Positions 15,902 to 24,302 are shown, counted from the first letter of the stretch. The stretch is DNA of 32,000 nucleotides from an uncultured archaeon (GCA_964551375.1 CAZKBG010000001.1:660001-692000); one strand, 5' to 3'. Program-made: numbers and translations. Notes: a model not told the origin generated them from the letters alone.

Positions 15902-15974
15902 GGGCCGGTGGTCTAGCGGTTATGACATCACCCTTACAAGGTGAGAGTCGTCGGTTCGAATCCGACTCGGCCCA
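15902..15974 (+). tRNA. tRNA-Val (anticodon UAC)
   Basis: Cloverleaf folded by hand. The acceptor is GGGCCGG/TCGGCCC, the anticodon stem TCACC/GGTGA, the loop CTTACAA, and the T-arm GTCGG-TTCGAAT-CCGAC. No encoded CCA and no intron. Confidence 0.9.
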
Positions 15975-16047
15975 CTTGATTTTTTGAAAACAAAATAAAT
16001 CTATTTTAAAACAAGCCAAAGGCAAGCCGGAAGCAATCGAGTAAGAA

Positions 16048-16055
16048 TTATAAAT
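16048..16055 (+). promoter_or_regulatory. TATA-like box for the transglutaminase-like gene
   Basis: TTATAAAT ends 21 nt upstream of ATG 16077 and no SD is present, which suggests a leaderless mRNA. Confidence 0.4.
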
Positions 16056-16076
16056 CAATAAAACCTATTTCTAAAC

Positions 16077-17834
16077 ATGAATAGAGTTGCTATCCTATTA
16101 GTAATACTGTTATTTGCGCTTATTGCGCCTGTTTACTCAGCTGATGAAACAATATACCCTACAACCATAGGCAAACTCAACGCTGAAGTAAGTTTATTTG
16201 GGCAGGGAAAAATCACTGGACTAGCGCCGGGAGAGGAAGCAAAGCTTGAAACAATAACATTTCAGGAAAGCGAATTTCAAAAAGTAAAAATGCTAAAAGA
16301 AGAACTAATAATAAACGGCACAATAATCCGCCCAAAATATGTGCTTGATCAATTTGGAAACAAATACGCTGTATTTATCATAAACCAAAACGGGGATTTT
16401 AATTACGAACTAAGGGCAGACATAAACACAAGCGCATTTATTTTTGACATGGCTGATTATCCGCTCACAAGCGGAAACAACGCAATGCTTGAATACACTG
16501 AACAAACCGAAAAAATCGAAAGCTCCGCAACCGAAATCATGACGCTTGAAAAAAACAAAATTTACTCAAAAACATTCTTCTCTGTTTTGAACGAAACTGT
16601 GGACTGGGTAAATGACTATGTGGAATACGCAAAAGGAAATGATTTTAGATACTATTATCTCGAACAAAAATCGGCAGTGCAGACGCTCATAAGCAGAAAA
16701 GGAGTCTGCGACGAATTCACAAACCTTGCTGCATCAATTTTAAGATCAAAAAAAATACCAACAAGAGTTGCTATTGGAATAACATTTGATGGCAAAGACT
16801 GGGGAAACCACGCTTGGATGGAAGTGCACGACCAAAACATGAGCACGCGCGGAATATGGATTCCATCAGACGCAACATTTAGAGAAGCGGGATTTGTTGA
16901 CGCAACCCACATAAAAATGGGCTCATTTGACGATGTTTCAAACTCAAAAGCAAGATGCTACTATCCAATCAGCGCAACATGCAACCTTGACAACCAAAGC
17001 AGGCTTCCGCAGGTCACAATAAAAAGCAAAGAATACTTTTCAAGCGTAACGATGAGCGCAAAATCTGATAATATGAAAGCAAATAAGTGGAATGATGTTA
17101 ATGTAACTGTAAAAAATATCAGCAACGGAACAATAGCAGTCCCTGTGACAATAAAAGAAAACTATAACGAACTCATGATACAGGAAAAGAAAAAATCTGT
17201 TGTTTTAAAAGCAGGAGAAGAACAAGTAGTAACATTCAAAGTATTCCCAAAAATTGATTTACGAAACGATGAATATGCAAACGGAACACTAACATTCTCT
17301 TCGCTATCGGCACCTCTTGAAAAAGACATTGTAGTTTATCCAGGGAGTTACTCTGAAACAGACGGGGAAGTAATTGTTGAAGATGTAACCCCTATTGCGC
17401 ACGAAGGAACGCTAAAATTTGTGATAAAAATATCAAACTTTTACCAGGCCGACCAAGAAGCAAAGATATCCATAACCGCAAACGGCGTAAATGAACTTGC
17501 AAGCGAAATAATACCCGCAATGGGGACAAAAGTTATTACAAAAGAATTCGACCAGTACCAAATACAAGTTTACACAATCTCAATTGATGTTCCTGGAAAA
17601 ATATACACTCAAAAAGTTATTCCAATCAAAACCAAAATCATACTCCCTGACGACACTGAAAAACCGACTGTGATTGAAAAAATAGTCACCACAAGCGGAG
17701 ATGGAAACTCAGGAGTAATCGCTGACGAGGGCAGCAATCCGATACCATTCTTTGCAATGGTAATAATAGTAATGCTCCTTGCAGTTGCAATAGTGCTTGC
17801 AATATTATCATTCACCACAAGAAGATACGTATAA
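16077..17834 (+). CDS. Secreted, C-terminally membrane-anchored transglutaminase-like (Cys-His-Asp core) protein
   Basis: The N-terminal signal is MNRVAILLVILLFALIAPVYSA. The core is RKGVCDEFTNLAASILRSKKIPTRVAIG...GNHAWMEV...IPSDAT. The C-terminal TM is FFAMVIIVMLLAVAIVLAILSF, followed by TTRRYV. Confidence 0.8.
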   Translation: MNRVAILLVILLFALIAPVYSADETIYPTTIGKLNAEVSLFGQGKITGLAPGEEAKLETITFQESEFQKVKMLKEELIINGTIIRPKYVLDQFGNKYAVFIINQNGDFNYELRADINTSAFIFDMADYPLTSGNNAMLEYTEQTEKIESSATEIMTLEKNKIYSKTFFSVLNETVDWVNDYVEYAKGNDFRYYYLEQKSAVQTLISRKGVCDEFTNLAASILRSKKIPTRVAIGITFDGKDWGNHAWMEVHDQNMSTRGIWIPSDATFREAGFVDATHIKMGSFDDVSNSKARCYYPISATCNLDNQSRLPQVTIKSKEYFSSVTMSAKSDNMKANKWNDVNVTVKNISNGTIAVPVTIKENYNELMIQEKKKSVVLKAGEEQVVTFKVFPKIDLRNDEYANGTLTFSSLSAPLEKDIVVYPGSYSETDGEVIVEDVTPIAHEGTLKFVIKISNFYQADQEAKISITANGVNELASEIIPAMGTKVITKEFDQYQIQVYTISIDVPGKIYTQKVIPIKTKIILPDDTEKPTVIEKIVTTSGDGNSGVIADEGSNPIPFFAMVIIVMLLAVAIVLAILSFTTRRYV

Positions 17835-17865
17835 AACTAGTCCAAAACGAGCGCCTACTTAATTC

Positions 17866-17873
17866 TTTAAAAA
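17866..17873 (+). promoter_or_regulatory. TATA-like box for tRNA-Gly(GCC)
   Basis: TTTAAAAA ends 27 nt upstream of the tRNA 5' end. Confidence 0.45.
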
Positions 17874-17900
17874 GCCTTGCAAATCTTCTAATCAATACAA

Positions 17901-17972
17901 GCGATCGTTGTCTAGTGGTTATGATTCGTCCTTGCCAAGGACGGGGCCCGGGTTCAATTCCCGGCGGTCGCA
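17901..17972 (+). tRNA. tRNA-Gly (anticodon GCC)
   Basis: The acceptor is GCGATCG/CGGTCGC (one G-U pair), the anticodon stem CGTCC/GGACG, the loop TTGCCAA, and the T-loop region GGTTCAATTCC. Confidence 0.9.
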
Positions 17973-18099
17973 CTTATTTTTTTAAAACAAAAAGAACTCT
18001 TTTAGCAGGGGATAACTATCACAAGAAGGTTAAAAAAAGTTAATTAATAAAAGTCATTTGAAGAAATTAGTTTAGTTATCTTATTTTATTATTTTATTT

Positions 18100-19035
18100 T
18101 TATCTTCTTGATTTCTTCTTAACTTTCTTCTTTGCAAGAGGCCTTCTTACCACAACTGCCTTGTGGCTTCCTTTCATTGCCCTGTTTGCAAGGATGCGCC
18201 TTATCTGAGAGGATGCTTCTGCGTGAGAATGCAGTTGAGTAAAAGCTTCAGCAACCATATAGTGATATGCAATCAATGCAACCCCTAAACCAAATGCCGG
18301 AGAAACTGAAAATGCAAGGCTGAAAGCAACTGGGTTAATCAAAAAGAACTGAAGTATTACCGCCGCAAGCCCCCCAAGAGCAATTGTCACAAAAGCAAAT
18401 ATAATAAACGCCAAAAATAGCGAAATTATTATTGCATAAAGAGTTTCATTGAATTTATTGTGAGTCAATGCCCAGGATTCCTTAATTGATTCAACTATTC
18501 CTAGAGTGGCGCTCTTCTGGATAAAAACCGAAGTCGAGAAAAACAATCTCACTGCGTTATAGACTACTAAAATAAAATAAGCAGTTCCCAAAAGCCAGAG
18601 CAAATAGCCCAATAACTCAGTTTGAACCATTGAGAAATAATACAATAACAAAACAAACGCAATCAAAAGCAAAAGCTGGGCTTTTCTAAAAAATGCGTTA
18701 ATATTCCACACTAAAACGTAGAACATTTCAACAAAAACAAGGAAAATCAAGTCAAGAACTTTTCTTGCCCCAAAATCAAAGCCCTTGCTTGACTTCTTTT
18801 CAACAAGACAATTATTCATTAAAACTATTACGCCAAGAACAAGAGTCACATAAAGCAAATCGTACAAAACTATCGCAACTGGTCTTGTAACATTTGAGAA
18901 AATAAGCCCTTTTTCAAATGCCTGCGGAAGAATAACAATACAGGGAAGAGAAATCCAGAAGAATATGATAAACCAAATAACTTTATTTAAAGAAACCCAT
19001 GAATACGCAGAGCTTACTACTCTTGAAAAATCCAT
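18100..19035 (-). CDS. Polytopic integral membrane protein, hypothetical (about 7-8 TM segments, basic C-terminal tail)
   Basis: Hydrophobic segments about 20 aa long recur throughout. The C-terminus is RRPLAKKKVKKKSRR. No family motif recognised. Confidence 0.6.
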   Translation of the reverse strand: MDFSRVVSSAYSWVSLNKVIWFIIFFWISLPCIVILPQAFEKGLIFSNVTRPVAIVLYDLLYVTLVLGVIVLMNNCLVEKKSSKGFDFGARKVLDLIFLVFVEMFYVLVWNINAFFRKAQLLLLIAFVLLLYYFSMVQTELLGYLLWLLGTAYFILVVYNAVRLFFSTSVFIQKSATLGIVESIKESWALTHNKFNETLYAIIISLFLAFIIFAFVTIALGGLAAVILQFFLINPVAFSLAFSVSPAFGLGVALIAYHYMVAEAFTQLHSHAEASSQIRRILANRAMKGSHKAVVVRRPLAKKKVKKKSRR

Positions 19036-19078
19036 GCTAAGAGGATGTTTTTTCTATATAAAAAGATTGCTATTTTGA

Positions 19079-19708
19079 TTAAAACAACGCCTTGTCAACA
19101 AGCGGAAATATCTGCGAAAACACATCAGGAATGTTTTTGTTCGCGTCAATTACTGCAATATTCTCATTTGGAAGCAAAGTTGGGAGCTTTAAGAAGTATT
19201 CCCTAAGCGAAGAAATGAATTCAAGCTCTCTGAATTTATCGCTGTCCTTTCTTTTCTCGCTTTTTTCGGAATTAATTCTTCTAAAAGAGTTTTCTGGAGT
19301 CACATCAAGAATCAAGGCAAGGTCGGGAGCAAGAAAATTCATGTGCGCTGGAAAGACTTTATTAAAATCTGTGCCCTGAACTGTTTGATATGCGATGCTT
19401 GAGTACTTGTAGCGATCGCAAATCACCACAAAATTCTTCTCAAGCGAAGGCTTGATTATATTTTCAACATGCCACTCCCTGTCTTTAACAAATAATTCAA
19501 AAATTTCATCCCTAAAATCAGAAGAAGATTTTTGCTTCTTAAAATACTCCCTTAATTTCTGCCCGTATGGACCATTTGTCGGCTCATCAGTAACCAAAAT
19601 GTTGTCATACTTCTTGCTTTTCCCATAAATATGCTCAAAAGTTTTCTTTATCATCGTCCCTTTCCCGCACCCAGGCAAACCGTCAAATACAATAAAAGTC
19701 CCAGCCAT
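19079..19708 (-). CDS. Thymidylate kinase-like nucleoside monophosphate kinase (divergent paralog)
   Basis: The P-loop is FIVFDGLPGCGKGT, with TDEPTNGPYG and the DRYKYSSIAYQ (DRY..S..AYQ) signature. Confidence 0.7.
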   Translation of the reverse strand: MAGTFIVFDGLPGCGKGTMIKKTFEHIYGKSKKYDNILVTDEPTNGPYGQKLREYFKKQKSSSDFRDEIFELFVKDREWHVENIIKPSLEKNFVVICDRYKYSSIAYQTVQGTDFNKVFPAHMNFLAPDLALILDVTPENSFRRINSEKSEKRKDSDKFRELEFISSLREYFLKLPTLLPNENIAVIDANKNIPDVFSQIFPLVDKALF

Positions 19709-19712
19709 GATT

Positions 19713-20408
19713 TCACCTAAAAAATTTCTTTAAAGTTCTTCCCTCATTTAAACAAGCGCTGACTTCCTTCCAAACTTTCCCGCTAATTGCTTCAATTGGA
19801 AGCAGGTTTTTGCCGTCAGTGCAATCAACTCTAACCCATCCAAGCCTTTTAATATTTCGCTCATACTCATTACGCACAAGCTGTTGAAAATTCAAATCCT
19901 CTTCGTGCTGGTCGCGCTTCTTTCCGCGCTTATACCCTTCAGCTCGGTTTGCGTTATCCATAAACTTATGAGAAACCGCAATCGGGACGTCAAGAACAAT
20001 AACCAAATCAGGCTGGGGAAGACGGGAAGTCACAAGCCTTATCCACTCCCAAAGAGAATCCTTATTTTTCTTCTCAAGCGCAACCTGATAATTTAGCGTT
20101 GAGGAAAAAAATCTGCTTAATACAATATCCTTTCCTTCATCAAGAGCTTTTTCAATATGCAGCTTTGATTCGTAAAAATCAGTAATATACAAAAGCGCAA
20201 TAAATTCGGGAGAAAGAACATCCTTTGAGCCAAGCTCCCCCCTTAGATACGCGTCAACAACTTTCCCAAACTGATTGTCATGCTTTGGGAAATGCAAATG
20301 CTCAAGCTTTCTTCCCATGCTTTCCATTTTTTTGCAAACCAAATCAAGCTGGGTTTTCTTGCCAGTGCCGTCAGCGCCTTCAATTACAATTAACTTTCCC
20401 CTGCCCAT
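19713..20408 (-). CDS. tmk: Thymidylate kinase (dTMP kinase)
   Basis: The P-loop is LIVIEGADGTGKKTQ, with the LSRFFSSTLNYQ region and a lid-like basic segment EGYKRGKKRD. Its stop is 4 nt from the start of the next paralog. Confidence 0.75.
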   Translation of the reverse strand: MGRGKLIVIEGADGTGKKTQLDLVCKKMESMGRKLEHLHFPKHDNQFGKVVDAYLRGELGSKDVLSPEFIALLYITDFYESKLHIEKALDEGKDIVLSRFFSSTLNYQVALEKKNKDSLWEWIRLVTSRLPQPDLVIVLDVPIAVSHKFMDNANRAEGYKRGKKRDQHEEDLNFQQLVRNEYERNIKRLGWVRVDCTDGKNLLPIEAISGKVWKEVSACLNEGRTLKKFFR

Positions 20409-20575
20409 TACATTACTATACTTTCATTGAAGTATAAAACAATTACTAACCAGCACAACCATTTGGACAAAAAGAAACTACTCTTAAAAAACGCCCTAAA
20501 GGAACGTTTAAAAAAGCAACCAAAAGACAATCATTTAGGAGCTAATTCAAAGAAATAGCCAAAAGAATGACAAAT

Positions 20576-20646
20576 GCGTTCGTGATGTAACGGTAGCATA
20601 AAAGCCTTCCAAGCTTTTTGTTGGGGTTCAAATCCCCACGGACGCA
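20576..20646 (+). tRNA. tRNA-Gly (anticodon UCC)
   Basis: The acceptor is GCGTTCG/CGGACGC (one U-G pair), the anticodon stem AAAGC/GCTTT, the loop CTTCCAA, and the T-arm GGGG-TTCAAAT-CCCC. Confidence 0.85.
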
Positions 20647-20755
20647 CTCAATAATTTAACGATTAAACAAAAAAAGCTTCTTCTTTGAATACAAAACCAG
20701 TATCAATAATAATATAATAAAGGAAAGACACTACTTTGCTCTATTAAATCAAATA

Positions 20756-21088
20756 ATGGCGATAAAAATGGAAAAAGAAAAAAAACTCAAAGGAAGCCAA
20801 AAAATTGCGCTTGAAAGAATATATCGGCTTATTGAACTCGCTCGAAAAAATGAAAAATACTCCAAGAGATATGTCAGTATTGCAAAAGAAATCAGCAAAA
20901 AGATGAGAGTTCAGGTGCCAAAAGAGCTCAAAAAACAATACTGCAAAAAATGCTGTTCAATGAAAGTCAAAATTTCGACCAAAGAACCATTCCTGATTGT
21001 AAAATGCGAAGAATGCGGATTTGAAAAGAAATACGGGACAAAAAACAAGCCAAAAATAAAACCTACCCGCCCAGCGAAAGGCAAATAA
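20756..21088 (+). CDS. rnp4: RNase P protein component 4 (Rpp21/Rpr2 family)
   Basis: An N-terminal helical region (ALERIYRLIELARKN...YSKRYVSIAKEISKKMRV) is followed by a zinc ribbon, YCKKCCS...VKCEECG. Confidence 0.75.
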   Translation: MAIKMEKEKKLKGSQKIALERIYRLIELARKNEKYSKRYVSIAKEISKKMRVQVPKELKKQYCKKCCSMKVKISTKEPFLIVKCEECGFEKKYGTKNKPKIKPTRPAKGK

Positions 21089-21134
21089 ACACCATAAAAC
21101 AACAATATAACAACAAAACGAGGTGTTTATTCAA

Positions 21135-24100
21135 ATGAAAATAAAGGGACAGGGATCTATTGAAAATCTATTAATCATAAGCGCGGCGATTGTGGTTGTC
21201 GCAATAGTAATAGTAGCCGTTTATGGAATAATGACGCAAGGAAATGAAAGCGTAATAAGCGGAGAAGAAATAAACACCGGAACTACAGGAACTTTAAGAG
21301 AATTACAGGGAGTTGAAATACAAACAATTATTGTCCCTGACGGAACAAGCGCAACAATAGAAATAAAGCCAAGCGCGACTGATGATAAACTAAAAAACAT
21401 GTTCAAAGGAGCTCCAAACGGAACAGGCTTCACAGTAAACAACGGACCAAACAGCGGAAGCACATGCCAAAGAACAGCAACAGGATGGGTTGACGCCAAC
21501 GGAAACGGATGCAACACACCAATAACAAGCGGAACTTTACTAACAATCTCAAACTCAAGCGGAGGCGGAGGAACTTACACTGAAAGCATAAGAGGAGTGG
21601 GGACAACTGGAGGACAGGGACAAACTGTAACACAAACTATATCGCCAGGAACACCAACACCTATCACATTAACATTCACGCCAAACCAATTGATAACTGA
21701 TTTATTCACAAGCCTGCCGAGCGGAACAACAATTGCAATCGGAACTGACGGAACTATACTAACAAGAACTACAGATGGCTGGATTTTAACACTGCCAAAC
21801 GGAACAACAGTTACCGACACAAATGTAATAAATTCACTAATACCACTTTCAAACGGAACAGTACTCAATATTACAACACCAGCAGGATCAACAACAGTAA
21901 CACTAAGCATTGTGGAAGGAACACCACCAACAGTAGTACTGCCTACACCAATACAACTATCAACATGCGCTGATTTGCAGAATATACAAAACAATTTAGT
22001 GGGAAATTATGAACTTGCAAGCAACATTGACTGCTCAACACTAGAAGAATTCACACCAATAACAGATTTTAGAGGAACATTAAACGGAAAGGGACATAAA
22101 ATTTCAAACTTGTCCGTTTACTCAAGCAGCGGACAGCCGACTGGACTATTTTCCACAACAAACGGCGCAACAATAAAAAAATTATCAATAGAAGGCGCTG
22201 AAATAATCGGACTTCAATCAACAGGAATACTTGTTGGAAACATGGGCGGAGGGATAATTACTGAAGTTCACACACAAGGAAATGTGCAGGGAACAGATTA
22301 CGTTGGAGGAATAGTTGGAAGAACAATGGGTGGACAAATAACAAACTCCTACTCCACATCATCAACAGCAAATGAAGAAAGAATCCGCGCAACAGGAAAC
22401 TATGCGGGCGGAATAACAGGAAGCCTTGTTGGAGGAGGAAGCATAAATTCAGTATACTCTGAAGCAACAGTAGAAGCGCAAAATTACACAGGAGGAATTG
22501 TAGGAGAATTTATTGAAGCGCAAATGGCAAACGCATACTTCTCAGGCACAATAACCTCATCCCCTACATCAAAAATAGGCGGAGTAATCGGAAAAATGAA
22601 CAGCACATTTGGAGAATCAAACCTTTCATGGATGCTTTACCCTGACAACTGCGCAGGAGAAATATCATATAGAGAGCCAGGAAGCTGCGAGAAAAAATAC
22701 AACGAAGAAGACTTTATGGACCAAACATACGAGCCTATGGCATCATTCACTGGCGGATTTGGAACAGGCAAAGCATGGAGCATATGCCAATACGAAGACC
22801 AGCCGTGGCTGACATTTGAAAACAAAACATGCACTCCTCCGCAAATATATGCGGATGTAATCAACATCACTGGAGCCGGAACAATATACATACAACTTCA
22901 TGTGGCTCCAATAAACAATACACTAACAACGCTATTTGGAAGCATTGGAAACGGCGGACAAGTGAGAAAACTTGGAGACTCAACAGTGTTCACAAATAAC
23001 AGCGGGACATGGACAGCAAGCGGAGGAACAACAACCCCTGCACAATTAACTATAAACACAAATGATAAATTTGCGGTAACAAGCACTATGCCAAATATAT
23101 TCCAAGTAAATTCATACCAAACAACACCGCCATTTGTAACACAAATAACTGACACAACACCGCCGACAATAAAATCAATTAGTCTTCAAGGCTGCGGAGG
23201 AATAAAAGTTCCAAACACAGACACATACTCAAGATTTGACTACAATGTGCTAATAGAAACTACAGACACACAAACAGAAGTAGCAAGCTGCACAATAGAA
23301 AGCTATTTTAGAATACCGGGAACTATGACATGGCTTAAAGCAAACACAAAATCAATTGCAAATCCATTCATTATGCCTGATGTAAACTATATCCACGGAA
23401 ACCAAGTAATGACTTCTTCACCATACCCAACAAGCCTTGACACAAGATACACTGTAACATGCAAAGACATAATTGGAAACACAACAACAATGATTACAAC
23501 ACCAACAATGACATGCCCAATTCCTGCAGCGCCTCAACTAATATCATTGCCTGCGGGAAAAATAACAGCAGTAAAAATGAACGACACAGCTATTGACGAT
23601 CCAGCAAGCGCTTCGCCAATTCCGCCAAGGATTATCCAAATGTTTGGAACCCCATCAAACGGAACAACTGTTAGAAAAATGGGAAAAGCGGTAACTTACA
23701 CATGGAATAACGGATGGAGCGCAAGCAGCGGAAGCCACAATGATTTTAATGCAACAAACGGAGACACAATAATAATATCAACTCCGGCAGGAACGCCGAA
23801 TCAAATGGCAATATTTGCAAGGACAAGCCTGCCGTACGCAACAATTGTGAACGACACAACAGGACCGACTGTAACGAATGTACTCTCAAGCTGTTATCCA
23901 AAATCAGTGGCATTCATGGGGCCATACGCAAGAGACATAAACTTTGCAATAACTGCAAACGACACACAGCTCGAAACAAAGAACTGCTCACTTGTGATAA
24001 ACAAAACAGCACCTGCGCCGGCAATGACTTTCAATGCGACTACCGGAACAAATTATCTCCAGACAGGAAATTTTGTGCACACAATGACAATATCACAAAT

Positions 24101-24206
24101 GGCTGATTTAACAACACCAGTAACAGTAAACGGAACTATCACCTGCCAAGACTCACTTGGAAATATCGGCCCAATGAACACAATCGGGATATATAATTGT
24201 CCATAA
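21135..24206 (+). CDS. Giant class III signal peptide (type IV pilin-like) surface protein with a GLUG-type beta-helix insertion and repeated modules (1023 aa)
   Basis: The N-terminus is MKIKG|QGSIENLLIISAAIVVVAIVIVAVYGI (QxSxE motif plus hydrophobic helix). I prefer ATG 21135, with GAGGTG about 9 nt upstream, over GTG 21123. The protein is T/N/G-rich, and I counted more than 20 N-x-S/T sequons by eye. Confidence 0.8.
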   Translation: MKIKGQGSIENLLIISAAIVVVAIVIVAVYGIMTQGNESVISGEEINTGTTGTLRELQGVEIQTIIVPDGTSATIEIKPSATDDKLKNMFKGAPNGTGFTVNNGPNSGSTCQRTATGWVDANGNGCNTPITSGTLLTISNSSGGGGTYTESIRGVGTTGGQGQTVTQTISPGTPTPITLTFTPNQLITDLFTSLPSGTTIAIGTDGTILTRTTDGWILTLPNGTTVTDTNVINSLIPLSNGTVLNITTPAGSTTVTLSIVEGTPPTVVLPTPIQLSTCADLQNIQNNLVGNYELASNIDCSTLEEFTPITDFRGTLNGKGHKISNLSVYSSSGQPTGLFSTTNGATIKKLSIEGAEIIGLQSTGILVGNMGGGIITEVHTQGNVQGTDYVGGIVGRTMGGQITNSYSTSSTANEERIRATGNYAGGITGSLVGGGSINSVYSEATVEAQNYTGGIVGEFIEAQMANAYFSGTITSSPTSKIGGVIGKMNSTFGESNLSWMLYPDNCAGEISYREPGSCEKKYNEEDFMDQTYEPMASFTGGFGTGKAWSICQYEDQPWLTFENKTCTPPQIYADVINITGAGTIYIQLHVAPINNTLTTLFGSIGNGGQVRKLGDSTVFTNNSGTWTASGGTTTPAQLTINTNDKFAVTSTMPNIFQVNSYQTTPPFVTQITDTTPPTIKSISLQGCGGIKVPNTDTYSRFDYNVLIETTDTQTEVASCTIESYFRIPGTMTWLKANTKSIANPFIMPDVNYIHGNQVMTSSPYPTSLDTRYTVTCKDIIGNTTTMITTPTMTCPIPAAPQLISLPAGKITAVKMNDTAIDDPASASPIPPRIIQMFGTPSNGTTVRKMGKAVTYTWNNGWSASSGSHNDFNATNGDTIIISTPAGTPNQMAIFARTSLPYATIVNDTTGPTVTNVLSSCYPKSVAFMGPYARDINFAITANDTQLETKNCSLVINKTAPAPAMTFNATTGTNYLQTGNFVHTMTISQMADLTTPVTVNGTITCQDSLGNIGPMNTIGIYNCP
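21364..21536. repeat. Copy 1 of a 173-nt block identical to 24538..24710
   Basis: Base-by-base comparison: TAAAGCCAAGCGCGACTGATGATAAAC...CAATAACAAGCGGAACT is identical in both genes, while the flanks are clearly diverged. Confidence 0.9.
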
Positions 24207-24217
24207 ATTTAACAAAA

Positions 24218-24250
24218 GCAACAGGAGAAATCCTGTTGCCCTGTTTTTTT
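24218..24250 (+). terminator. Terminator-like hairpin plus T7 after the first pilin-like gene
   Basis: GCAACAGGA-GAAA-TCCTGTTGC is a 9-bp perfect stem, followed by CCTGTTTTTTT. Confidence 0.55.
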
Positions 24251-24272
24251 AAGAATTCACATTTAGGTTAGG

Positions 24273-24280
24273 TATAAATA
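24273..24280 (+). promoter_or_regulatory. TATA box of the second pilin-like gene
   Basis: GGTATAAATACC. The TATA ends 22 nt before ATG 24303, ACTAATTA lies at 24293-24300, and there is no SD, which suggests a leaderless mRNA. Confidence 0.5.
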
Positions 24281-24302
24281 CCAAAAAGCACAACTAATTA
24301 TC

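Noticed and set aside
17740-17834. PGF-CTERM/archaeosortase-type sorting signal on the transglutaminase-like protein (PIPFFAMVII...)
   Set aside because: The sequence lacks the PGF tripeptide and the preceding Thr/Ser-rich linker signature. A plain C-terminal TM anchor is the safer reading.
15902-20646. Possible genomic island bounded by tRNA genes (tRNA-Val, tRNA-Gly, tRNA-Gly) and containing surface or membrane genes
   Set aside because: There is no integrase or recombinase and no direct repeat of a tRNA 3' end that I could find. The interval also holds housekeeping thymidylate kinases.
21123-21134. GTG start at 21123 (MFIQ...) for the first pilin-like gene, as given in the ORF track
   Set aside because: That GTG lies inside the GAGGTG Shine-Dalgarno sequence. 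ATG 21135 gives the short charged leader MKIKG|Q, which is typical of class III signals and parallels the paralogs.
21221-21517. 98-aa minus-strand ORF that has a near-identical twin at 24395..24691, which could look like a conserved antisense gene pair
   Set aside because: Both lie antisense to the duplicated N-terminal region of the pilin-like genes. Their similarity simply mirrors the sense-strand duplication, including the identical 173-nt block. They have no start signals of their own.
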